Part shown: piece by piece, positions 47,057-55,580 of the stretch
Layout: every line of letters starts with the position of its first letter
Numbering within the stretch: position 1 is the first letter of the stretch
NCBI GenBank assembly: GCA_031291955.1
Contig: JARLIA010000001.1
Coordinates: forward strand, 5,300 to 69,299
DNA length: 64,000 bases
Direction of reading: 5' to 3'
Source: Minisyncoccota bacterium
GTDB taxonomy: Bacteria > Patescibacteriota > Minisyncoccia > Moranbacterales > UBA2206
Translations under genes and position numbers: made by a program
The notes under the pieces: model-generated
Databases searched by the model: none
Seen by the model: only the letters and a program-made list of their open reading frames with translations
Told to the model about the DNA's origin: nothing

Positions 47057-47413
47057 TCAAAAATTCTTATAAATATCTTCTTTGCCATTTCCGCTGTTCA
47101 CTTGGATATCCACTCTTCCCGAAACTGACGCTTCCGGTGCCACTACTTCCGCATTAGCGCCTTTTTTTATTTCCACGTCACCCTGCTTTACCGTCTCGCC
47201 ATTTTCCATCTCTTGCCAATGGAAACTGGTTTGGTCGCTATGGTTGGTGATTGTAAAATTGAGATTACTTGATTTCGGTTCAGTAAAAGCCAATGTCCAC
47301 CAGTCTTGGCCAAGATCGGGATTAGTCTGTTGGTTTGATTGGTAAAACAACCAGAAAGAACTGGCCATAAGAAGAACGATAATGAAAATTATTATATTTT
47401 TTTGTTGTTGCAT
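47057..47413 (-). CDS. small secreted/membrane-anchored protein, function unknown
   Basis: It has an N-terminal signal/anchor (IIIFIIVLLMASSFWLF) and lies directly downstream of the large membrane protein gene. Confidence 0.4.
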   Translation of the reverse strand: MQQQKNIIIFIIVLLMASSFWLFYQSNQQTNPDLGQDWWTLAFTEPKSSNLNFTITNHSDQTSFHWQEMENGETVKQGDVEIKKGANAEVVAPEASVSGRVDIQVNSGNGKEDIYKNF

Positions 47414-47414
47414 A

Positions 47415-49361
47415 TTATTTTCGATAATAAACCGCTACGCCATCGGTGACGTAAATTTCGTTAAAATTATCCAATTTTACGAATTGGGAAGAATCATAAG
47501 ACGGATTGATCATTATAAAATCGGTCTTAGTACTGGCAAAACATTGATTGGCGTCGTCGGCGCCGGGATTTGAAATCATAACAAGCGTACAGAGTTTGCT
47601 CGGATCAGTAATGCCGTCATAGCGTTTGAAATAGCTGCGCGAAAGGGGATAATCATAACCGCGCATGAAGAATGATTTTATCCAGGTGTCGCCGGTCAGA
47701 TAATTATGGTCTTTCAAGATGACATCATTGTCGGTGCTATTTTTGTCCAAATACTGCGCTGCGGCAAAGACTTCGTTAAGCGGGGTGAAATTAGGCGCTT
47801 TCTTGAAAGCTTGAGCCGAGTCTGATAGTCCCTCAATAAGTACAAAAGCTAATATAATGATGAAAGCGCTTTTCAGAAGCGTCAATGGCACAAGGTTTTC
47901 TGCCACGGTTTTAGAATAATATTTCCATTCTACCTTACTTGGTTTAAACATAGCCCAAAAACCGTAGGCGGCTAGAATTGCCAACGGGTAAGACAAATAA
48001 TTGCCGATTCGATCGCTCGGTAAATTAACCAAGAGAAAATGCGGCTCAGTGGACATGATAAAAAGCATTACTGTCCAAGAAACCACAATGGCAATTCCCA
48101 AGTCTTTCCGCCGATAGGCTAAGACCAGGATAATAAGACCGATAATTCCCATCGCCGCCCGGGCTTCACCCATGGTGTTTTTGAGATTAGTGAGTGTGAG
48201 ACCAACCCGCGTGCCTTTGGTGGACACTCCGACAGCCGTATTTACCGCGCCTCCTTTGATGTAGCTTGGTGTGAAAATAACGAAAAAGAAAAACAGGCCG
48301 ACAAAAAAAGTGGCCATAACGCTCGGCGACCAGATGACCTGCCAGGCACTCAAAAATATTTTTTTGATATTTCCAAAATTGATCAGCAGATAAAAAACAA
48401 AAAGAAAGGCAAAAATGAAAAGGAAAATGAAAGCGGTCAGGTGGTGGGTATAAAACAGTCCGAAAGTGGTGAAAACTGCGAGCGCCAAAAACGACTTGGC
48501 TTCTTTTGACTGCGTTTCGACGCTATAGTTTCCTTCGCGCAAAAATTCGAAGGCCCGATAATAAAAATAAAACATCAGCGGCATGAGATAGTCGCCAATG
48601 ATGTTTCCTATGACGCCGCCGCTGATATATTTGGCCTGTGGAGATGTGACGGCATAAAGAACGCCCAAAAATAAAATGCTTAAAATCGCCACGGTCTTAT
48701 TTTTGAAAATGCGGATGGTCAGGATAAAAGCAGTCATGATTCCCAGAATGTTGACGAGAAAAAGAAACATCACCGGAAAAGCTGAAAAAACACTAAGACC
48801 GGTAATCATATATATCTCAGCCAGCGCCACGTGTTCGCCAATGATGAAAGTTGGGGAGCCGCCGTAATTGGTGACGGCGTGGGTTTCAGCAATCACTTTG
48901 GCCCAATAGGTGTGGTGGCCCATATCGGTGGCCGTCGGCGCTACCGTGCCGGTGAGATAGACTGTCCGAATAAAAATCGTCAGAAAAATAAAAAGCAGAA
49001 GCAGGATTAACTGGTTTTTGGAAAAAGAAAATAATTTTTTCGTTTCAGTCGACGCTTCGGAGGAAGAATCGAAAGCCGCTTTATTTTGCCTATGTTTGTA
49101 AATCCCGTAGCAGACCGCCGAGAATATCAGTGATCCCAAAATGGACGTCTCGGCTGTCAGGGGAATATGCGGGCGATAGTAAGCAAAGGCAATAAAATCC
49201 ATCACGACCAATCCCAGGGCGAAGGAAATGACAAATCTTTCCAAGGTGCTTAAAATTTTGCTTTTCCCAAAAATGGCCAAAAGCAAAAACCAGCCCGGCA
49301 AAAACATCACCAGAAAAATAGCGAGGTAAAATATTATTTGGTTATAGATAAAATCAATCAT
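47415..49361 (-). CDS. large polytopic membrane protein with a C-terminal extracytoplasmic domain, putative GT-C-type glycosyltransferase
   Basis: The product is 648 aa with about 13 TM helices and a soluble C-terminal domain of roughly 150 aa. The architecture resembles ArnT/PMT/YfhO-type membrane glycosyltransferases. I can see no decisive motif. Confidence 0.45.
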   Translation of the reverse strand: MIDFIYNQIIFYLAIFLVMFLPGWFLLLAIFGKSKILSTLERFVISFALGLVVMDFIAFAYYRPHIPLTAETSILGSLIFSAVCYGIYKHRQNKAAFDSSSEASTETKKLFSFSKNQLILLLLFIFLTIFIRTVYLTGTVAPTATDMGHHTYWAKVIAETHAVTNYGGSPTFIIGEHVALAEIYMITGLSVFSAFPVMFLFLVNILGIMTAFILTIRIFKNKTVAILSILFLGVLYAVTSPQAKYISGGVIGNIIGDYLMPLMFYFYYRAFEFLREGNYSVETQSKEAKSFLALAVFTTFGLFYTHHLTAFIFLFIFAFLFVFYLLINFGNIKKIFLSAWQVIWSPSVMATFFVGLFFFFVIFTPSYIKGGAVNTAVGVSTKGTRVGLTLTNLKNTMGEARAAMGIIGLIILVLAYRRKDLGIAIVVSWTVMLFIMSTEPHFLLVNLPSDRIGNYLSYPLAILAAYGFWAMFKPSKVEWKYYSKTVAENLVPLTLLKSAFIIILAFVLIEGLSDSAQAFKKAPNFTPLNEVFAAAQYLDKNSTDNDVILKDHNYLTGDTWIKSFFMRGYDYPLSRSYFKRYDGITDPSKLCTLVMISNPGADDANQCFASTKTDFIMINPSYDSSQFVKLDNFNEIYVTDGVAVYYRK

Positions 49362-50009
49362 TTATTTTTTCCCTTCCCATTCATCAAAAAATTGTTTGAG
49401 ATATTTTTTCATAAATTCGTGCCTGTTTTTAGCTATTCGCTTGGCTGTTTTGGTATTCATTCTGTTTTTCAAGAGAAGTAATTTTTCGTAAAAATGATTA
49501 ATAGACGTGCTTTTGGCATTTTTATATTTCTCCGGGCTGGTGTGTGAAACGGGTTTTATTTTTGGATCATAAAATGGTCTGTCGGCATGAGCGCCATAGG
49601 AAAACACTCTAGCGATGCCAATAGCACCAATCGCATCAAGTCGATCAGCATCTTGCGCTATTTTACCCTCCAATGTGCTTATTTTGTTTTTAACTTTTGC
49701 GCCTTTGAATGAAATGTTAGCAACAATGCTTTCTATGTGACTTTCAATATTCTTGTCCAATTTGAATTGTTCAAGAAATTCCTTGATTTTTTCTTGAGCT
49801 AATTTTTCGTCAAAAAATTTATGGTCGAACACATCGTGCAAAAGAGCGGACATTTCCACTACGAACATATCAGCCGTTTCTTCTTTGGCCAATTTGAGGG
49901 CCATTTTCTGAACGCGTTCCGTATGTTGCCAATCATGACCGCTTTCGCCATTCTCCAATTTCTTTCTGGCAAATGAAATAGTTTTTTTGATGATTTCTTT
50001 TTTATTCAT
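49362..50009 (-). CDS. HD-domain phosphohydrolase
   Basis: HD motifs are present (GHDWQHTERV…; SALLHDVFDHK). Confidence 0.8.
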   Translation of the reverse strand: MNKKEIIKKTISFARKKLENGESGHDWQHTERVQKMALKLAKEETADMFVVEMSALLHDVFDHKFFDEKLAQEKIKEFLEQFKLDKNIESHIESIVANISFKGAKVKNKISTLEGKIAQDADRLDAIGAIGIARVFSYGAHADRPFYDPKIKPVSHTSPEKYKNAKSTSINHFYEKLLLLKNRMNTKTAKRIAKNRHEFMKKYLKQFFDEWEGKK

Positions 50010-50022
50010 CTTTTCATTTTAA

Positions 50023-51156
50023 TCAGTGAGTACCAGCGGTTCTGATAATTTCTTCCAAGTATCTTCTTGAAATTTTTTCCCAGGTGTAATTCTCTTCAAC
50101 AAATTTCCGCGCCTTTTTCCCGAAGGTTTTTTCAAATTCCGATCCGGCTTCAAATATTGTCTCGATTTTTTTTACCCATTGCTCGGCGTTGCCGGGTTCA
50201 ACCAAAAAACCGTTCTGGCCGTCTTTTACAGCATCTTTCAAGCCTTCCATCTCAGAAGCCATCACCATTCGCCCGCAGGCCGCGCCTTCAATTGCGGTGA
50301 TGCCAAATCCCTCCATCGATCCGGACACTTTGATGTTCGGAGAAATGTAAAGATCGCAAGCGTTAAAAAGCACTTTCATATCCGCACGGGGCATATTTAT
50401 GAATAATTTCACCCTCTCGGATAATTTTAATTCTTTTACAGCGTTAACGCAACGCGGATAATCATTCTCGTCGCCGGCCGTATTCTTAGCAACTCCGCCA
50501 CCGGCCGCTATCAAGATGTACTCAGCGGGAAGCTGTGGCATTACATTCCTAATAAACCACTCCAGTCCCTTGTGTTTAACGTATCGTCCGCCGCGAAAGA
50601 TCACTTTCTTCCCAGCCAGATCCATGCCGACAACTTTTTCCAGATCTTCCCAGGTGGCCGTTTGGCGGATTTCTTCCATCTGTACGCCATTGGGAATAAA
50701 GACGCATTTCTCCCTCGGAATACCACTCTTGACCGCCTGCTCAATCGTTTCGTTTCCGACCATGATCAGTTTGTCAGAATTTTGGAGAGCGGGGATATTG
50801 ACTGTCCGGTATATTTTTCCTAAAAGCGATTTTTTATAAGCGAAAGTAATATCCAGACCATGGACAATCGAAATATATTTTTTCTTCGGATAAAATATTT
50901 TCCAAAATATCCCCAAAGGCGCCAGCACCCCGTCGCCGAAAAGAACGACGTCAAAACGAGGAACAACGAAAAGACCCCGGACAAGAATCCAAGGCAAAAA
51001 AATCGGCAGGCGTTTTTTTCCGCCTTTATTGGCGATGATTTTGGTCGGCGTAATCTTGGCCAGGGCGTTGGCGATACCGTAGTTCTGATTTTCAATCCCA
51101 CCCAGAATCGGCGGATAAGCCCGAGATATAAAAAGAATTTTTGGACGATCCTTCAT
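50023..51156 (-). CDS. glycosyltransferase family 4
   Basis: The GT4 pattern is present (MKDRPKILFISRAYPPILGGIENQ…; EGFGITAIEGAACGRMVMASE). Confidence 0.8.
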   Translation of the reverse strand: MKDRPKILFISRAYPPILGGIENQNYGIANALAKITPTKIIANKGGKKRLPIFLPWILVRGLFVVPRFDVVLFGDGVLAPLGIFWKIFYPKKKYISIVHGLDITFAYKKSLLGKIYRTVNIPALQNSDKLIMVGNETIEQAVKSGIPREKCVFIPNGVQMEEIRQTATWEDLEKVVGMDLAGKKVIFRGGRYVKHKGLEWFIRNVMPQLPAEYILIAAGGGVAKNTAGDENDYPRCVNAVKELKLSERVKLFINMPRADMKVLFNACDLYISPNIKVSGSMEGFGITAIEGAACGRMVMASEMEGLKDAVKDGQNGFLVEPGNAEQWVKKIETIFEAGSEFEKTFGKKARKFVEENYTWEKISRRYLEEIIRTAGTH

Positions 51157-51159
51157 AAA

Positions 51160-52146
51160 TTATTCCTTTCCGTATTTGTCTTTCTTCCATTGATACATCA
51201 ATTCTTCCGTCAATTGGCGGCTGGATTTGATCATGTCGGCAATAAAGGCAAAGATGAGCAATTGGATCCCCAAGAAAAGTGCGATGGATGAAAAAGTGAT
51301 GGTGTGAAGATAAGGAGAAATTTTGAAAGTCTGTAAATAGCGATACAAAAAATCAATAAAACCCAAAATGCCCACCGCCATAAAAAAGAGACCCGGCCAG
51401 CCGAAAAATTTCATCGGCCGGACATCACGGATAGCTTTTAACATTACTTTTGCCGAATTGGAAACAAAGCCTCGGACGGATCTGACAATTTTGGATTTCC
51501 GGTCGGAAAAATAGATCGTTTTTACCGGCACCCATTCCAATTTCAGATTTTTTCCAATGGCGTCGATGATGGTTTCTTGAGTGTAGGTAAAATGCACATT
51601 GGTCAAATTTAACCGCAAAAGCGCTTCGCGGCTGTGCGCCCGAAAGCCGCAAGTCAGATCGGAAATATGGTAGCCAAGGAAAAACCCGGTGATAGATGAA
51701 GCGAAACGATTCAGAAAATCCTTTATCCAAGGAATGTTTTTCGATTCTTCATCGCCGAAACGGTTGGCAATGACCATGTCGGATTTTCCGGCCAAGATAG
51801 GAGAGAGGAGTTTTGGGATATCTTCCGGATCGAACTGGCCGTCCGCGTCGATGTTGACAAAAAGGTCGGCGCTGTTTTCCAAGGCGCTTTCGGCGGCGCG
51901 CTTGAAAGCATAGGCCAGGCGGCGATTGGGCTTATAGGATATGACAATGTCCACGCCAGCTTCCCGAGCCTTTTCCACCGTTTTGTCGCTTGAGCCGTCG
52001 TCCACCAGTTGGATCAACTTCTCGGTAATAATTTTTCCCGCGCCGGAAACATAAAAAGCCGCCCCAAAACTTTTCTTGATGCGCTGGATCGTTTCACTGA
52101 TCTTCTTTTCTTCGTTATAGGCGGGGATGTTGACGATCAATTTCAT
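51160..52146 (-). CDS. glycosyltransferase family 2 with C-terminal TM helices (GtrB/polyprenyl-phosphate sugar synthase-like)
   Basis: The GT-A motifs are present (MKLIVNIPAYNEEKKI…VDDGSSDKT…DADG) plus two C-terminal TM helices. The start is taken at the internal ATG at 52146. Confidence 0.8.
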   Translation of the reverse strand: MKLIVNIPAYNEEKKISETIQRIKKSFGAAFYVSGAGKIITEKLIQLVDDGSSDKTVEKAREAGVDIVISYKPNRRLAYAFKRAAESALENSADLFVNIDADGQFDPEDIPKLLSPILAGKSDMVIANRFGDEESKNIPWIKDFLNRFASSITGFFLGYHISDLTCGFRAHSREALLRLNLTNVHFTYTQETIIDAIGKNLKLEWVPVKTIYFSDRKSKIVRSVRGFVSNSAKVMLKAIRDVRPMKFFGWPGLFFMAVGILGFIDFLYRYLQTFKISPYLHTITFSSIALFLGIQLLIFAFIADMIKSSRQLTEELMYQWKKDKYGKE

Positions 52147-52151
52147 AATTT

Positions 52152-52394
52152 TTATTTTTTCTTGATTATTAATTTCGGATCGACACAATTAAAATTACAT
52201 TTGGCGTTGTCGATGCCCTGATGGACAATGTTGTCCGTGCAAGATGCCAGCTTAGCCTGACATTGGTCTTTGCTATAGGTAAAATATTGTTTGTTGATCT
52301 CGTAGCCCATGAGTCCCATAACCCAATAGGCAAGGGCGACAATCACAACGATCCAAATGATTGATTTAATCATATCTAAAATTATGCTTTTCAT
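52152..52394 (-). CDS. small membrane protein with a 4-Cys C-terminal tail
   Basis: There is one TM (IIWIVVIVALAYWVMGLMG) and a Cys pattern C-x5-C…C-x3-C at the C-terminus. Confidence 0.4.
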   Translation of the reverse strand: MKSIILDMIKSIIWIVVIVALAYWVMGLMGYEINKQYFTYSKDQCQAKLASCTDNIVHQGIDNAKCNFNCVDPKLIIKKK

Positions 52395-52461
52395 AGAATA
52401 ATCGGGCAGGCTGGGCTGGTTTAATTGTAGCTTATTTCGATATCTTGGTAAAGCCTGTTTT

Positions 52462-53751
52462 TTATCTCCCGATGCCCCGATAAATTATTCCCAATTTCTC
52501 AATCGCCACTTTGTCCAAACAGTTCTTGCCATCAATAATGACTTCGATGCCATATTTTTTAAATGTTTCCGGCTTGATTTCTTTGAACTCGCGGTGGTCG
52601 GTGACTAAAATTATGGCTTTGGATTTTTTGAGCAGGTCGGTCAAATTTTTAACGGTCGATTTTTCCGGAATATATGGATCATAAACTGTGAGGTTGCTTT
52701 TTTGTTTTTTGACCAGTTCCATGATTTTTATTGACGGCGATTCGCGAACATCGTCCACATCGGCCTTGTAGGCCACACCCAAAATGCCGATCGATGTGCC
52801 GTTCATGGGCAATTTTATCCCATTGAGCGCTTCGACCAAGAGATCGACAGCATATTCTGGCATGGAATTGTTGATTTCTCGCGCGGTGCGCAGGAATTTA
52901 TGATCAAATCCAGTCTTCTTGGCCCGTTCAATGAGATAATACGGATCGACCGGAATGCAATGGCCGCCTACCCCGCAAGAGGGGAAGTGGGCCATGAAAG
53001 CAAAGGGCTTGGTAGCGGCGCCCAAGATCACGTCTTTCACGTCAATATCCATCCGAGCAAAAGATTTGGCCAGCTCATTCACAAAAGCGATGTTGATGTC
53101 GCGAAAGGAATTTTCCACGATTTTGACCGCTTCGGCTTCGCGGATGGATTTCATCGGGCGGATCGGCGCATCGACGATCGATTCGTAAAATTTTTGCGCT
53201 TTTTCCAGACCGGTTTTAGAGAAAGAACCGACTACCCGGGGAATATTAGTCACATTCCATTTCGGATCACCCGGGTTGATGCGCTCTGGGCAATGGGCCA
53301 AGAAATAGTCGCGCCCAACTTTCATTCCGGCCGCGGCAAAGATCGGCTCAACCACTTCTTCCGAAACACCCGGATTGACGGTTGATTCCAAAACAATCAG
53401 TGCGCCCTTTTTCAAATTCCGCGCCACGAGTTCTGTCGCGCTTCGGACTGGTCCAAGATCGGGATAATAATTCTTGTCGACCGGCGTCGGAACGCAGATA
53501 AGCACGATGTCGGCTTTTTTGATTTCACGCTCGTCAGTCGTTGCCCGGACGTGGAATTTCGGCAGATTGTCTTCAATGTACTTTTCTTTGATCGGACTTT
53601 TTTTCTTGTTGATCAGCTCGATTTTCTTCTTGTCTAGATCATATCCCAGCGCTTCGTAGCCCCGTTCGCTGGCCCGGATGAGAAGCGGCAGCCCGACGTA
53701 ACCCAAACCCACGACACAAACCGTTTGTTTTTTCATTTGGATGTTTTTCAA
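52462..53751 (-). CDS. nucleotide-sugar dehydrogenase (UDP-glucose/UDP-N-acetyl-mannosamine dehydrogenase family)
   Basis: It has an N-terminal Rossmann motif (VCVVGLGYVGLPL) and the catalytic Cys region (FPSCGVGGHCIPVDP). The product is 429 aa. Confidence 0.9.
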   Translation of the reverse strand: MKNIQMKKQTVCVVGLGYVGLPLLIRASERGYEALGYDLDKKKIELINKKKSPIKEKYIEDNLPKFHVRATTDEREIKKADIVLICVPTPVDKNYYPDLGPVRSATELVARNLKKGALIVLESTVNPGVSEEVVEPIFAAAGMKVGRDYFLAHCPERINPGDPKWNVTNIPRVVGSFSKTGLEKAQKFYESIVDAPIRPMKSIREAEAVKIVENSFRDINIAFVNELAKSFARMDIDVKDVILGAATKPFAFMAHFPSCGVGGHCIPVDPYYLIERAKKTGFDHKFLRTAREINNSMPEYAVDLLVEALNGIKLPMNGTSIGILGVAYKADVDDVRESPSIKIMELVKKQKSNLTVYDPYIPEKSTVKNLTDLLKKSKAIILVTDHREFKEIKPETFKKYGIEVIIDGKNCLDKVAIEKLGIIYRGIGR

Positions 53752-53871
53752 TAGTTACCCACCTATTCTAAATAGGTTGGCGCCGGATGGCAAGTTTAAT
53801 ACGAAAAAGTCCGAAAGCGGGGCGCAAATTTGAAAGGTGACATAATTCGGATTAAAATATATAATGTAACC

Positions 53872-55035
53872 ATGAAGAAAAACAAAAACATCGTCATTGG
53901 CATCAATGCAAGTTTCATCAGAAAGCCCAACAATGGCATCGGGCAAGTGACTGCCAATTTCCTAAAAACTTTGGCACGAATCACGAATCACGAATCACGA
54001 ATCATTTTGTATCTAGAAGAAGATCTGCCGCGTGATTTCAAGTTGCCGAAAAATTTTGAAAAAAGGATTTTTTTGCCGCCTTGGAAACGCGATGATTTGA
54101 TCCGCAAAATCTGGTGGGAAAAATATTCTCTGCCGAAAAAAATCAAAAAAGACAAGTGTGATGTTTTTCTCAGTCTCTACCAGTGCCCGACGATTTTAGA
54201 GGGTGACACAAAACACATAATGCTCGTTCATGATATTGTTCCTAAATTATTTCCCGAATATCTGGATAATTCGCGCAAGAAACATTATTGGCAGCTGACC
54301 GAATATGCGATCGCAAGGACCGACAAAGTTCTCACTGTTTCGCGCCACACGGAAAAAGATCTGATCAACTATCTGAATATTCCCGCCGGAAAAATCACAC
54401 CCAACTATATCGATGTTGACGAGATTTACAAAAAAAGCGTTTCTCAAAAAGAATCCGCCCGGGTACTGAAAAAATATAAACTGAAACCAGGCTACATCCT
54501 GGCCGGCGGGGGAATGGAGATTCGGAAAAACGTCGAAGGAGTTTTTCATGCCTACAAATTCATGCTGGAGAGAGGGCTGGCGGAAGATCTGCCGCCGCTG
54601 GTCGTCTTCGGAAAAATCCTGCCCAATCTTTCCCTGGCTTTCGACGCGGAAAATTTCTTGAAAGTCCTGAATATGACTAAGAAAGTGAGGCTTCTGGATA
54701 TGGTGCCGCAAAAAGATATGCCGGCTCTTTACAAAAACTCGTCCTTTTTCGTCTACCCATCGTATTATGAAGGATTTGGCATGCCGCCGCTCGAAGCTAT
54801 GAACCAAGGGAAGTCCGTCATTGTTTCTAAAAACTCATCTCTCCCCGAAGTGGGCGGCGACGGCGTCCTCTATTGCCAAGCCGACGACATTTATGATATC
54901 GCTATGGTCATGAAAAACGTCCTCTCCAACCCGCAACTCCGCGAAGATTTGTCTCGCCGGGCCAAACTCCAGGCTGAAAAATTCTCGTGGGAAAGGTTTG
55001 TGAAGAAAGTTCTGAATATAGTCAATGAGATCTGA
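53872..55035 (+). CDS. glycosyltransferase family 4
   Basis: The GT4 pattern is present (MKKNKNIVIGINA…; YEGFGMPPLEAMNQGKSVIVSKNSSLPEVGG). A (CACGAAT)4 heptamer repeat sits near the 5' end. TATAAT lies just upstream of the ATG at 53872. Confidence 0.8.
   Translation: MKKNKNIVIGINASFIRKPNNGIGQVTANFLKTLARITNHESRIILYLEEDLPRDFKLPKNFEKRIFLPPWKRDDLIRKIWWEKYSLPKKIKKDKCDVFLSLYQCPTILEGDTKHIMLVHDIVPKLFPEYLDNSRKKHYWQLTEYAIARTDKVLTVSRHTEKDLINYLNIPAGKITPNYIDVDEIYKKSVSQKESARVLKKYKLKPGYILAGGGMEIRKNVEGVFHAYKFMLERGLAEDLPPLVVFGKILPNLSLAFDAENFLKVLNMTKKVRLLDMVPQKDMPALYKNSSFFVYPSYYEGFGMPPLEAMNQGKSVIVSKNSSLPEVGGDGVLYCQADDIYDIAMVMKNVLSNPQLREDLSRRAKLQAEKFSWERFVKKVLNIVNEI
53975..54004 (+). repeat. perfect heptanucleotide tandem repeat (CACGAAT)x4 inside the GT4 CDS
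   Basis: Counted directly as cacgaat cacgaat cacgaat cacgaat ca. It encodes ARITNHESRII. The unit length is not a multiple of 3. Confidence 0.85.
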
Positions 55036-55552
55036 AAATAGAAAATCAAATCGTTTGGTGGGATATGATTATTCGCAAGAGGGAATGTACTTCGTCACTT
55101 TTTGCACGAAGGAAAGGATTGAATGGTTTGGTGAAGTAAAAAATGGCGAAATGCTCTTAAACAAATATGGCGAGATCACTGAACAACAATTAAGCTGGCT
55201 GGCGAAACAATATAAATACATCAATATTGATTGCAAAATTGTAATGCCAAATCACGTACATACCATTTTGGAAATTCTCCCAGACGTTGAAATCGTAGGG
55301 ACAGGTCGCGACCTGTCCCTACGATTTCAACAATCGAAAATAAAACCGCTGCCCGAATTAATCGGCGCCCTGAAAACCACATCATCAAAATTGATTCACA
55401 GAAATGGATTTAATGATTTCGCCTGGCAAAGATCCTATTGGGATCGCATTATCCGCGACGAAGCAGAACTGAACCGTATCCGCGAATATATTTTCAATAA
55501 CCCGCAAAATTGGGAGCAAGATCGAAACAACTCGGAAAATATTTTTATGTAA
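55025..55552 (+). CDS. Y1 HuH transposase-family protein (IS200/RAYT-like, probably single-copy or domesticated)
   Basis: It has the RAYT-type N-terminus (GYDYSQEGMYFVTFCTKERIEWFG), the HuH motif (VMPNHVHTILEI), and a Tyr motif (FAWQRSYWDRIIRDEAELNRIREYIFNNPQNW). It overlaps the upstream GT4 stop by 11 nt. Confidence 0.7.
   Translation: MRSENRKSNRLVGYDYSQEGMYFVTFCTKERIEWFGEVKNGEMLLNKYGEITEQQLSWLAKQYKYINIDCKIVMPNHVHTILEILPDVEIVGTGRDLSLRFQQSKIKPLPELIGALKTTSSKLIHRNGFNDFAWQRSYWDRIIRDEAELNRIREYIFNNPQNWEQDRNNSENIFM
55286..55331. repeat. 46-bp perfect palindrome inside the HuH-transposase-like CDS
   Basis: The sequence is GTTGAAATCGTAGGGACAGGTCG|CGACCTGTCCCTACGATTTCAAC, and I checked both halves base by base. 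It lies between the HuH and Tyr motifs and encodes …VEIVGTGRDLSLRFQQ…. Confidence 0.9.
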
Positions 55553-55580
55553 TTTTAAAATAAAAAAAGACCCCGACACT

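Noticed and set aside
46864-47128. Two overlapping ~75-aa ORFs in the GT4/small-secreted-protein intergenic region
   Set aside because: They overlap each other on opposite strands in a probable promoter region. Neither has an RBS or a recognisable domain.
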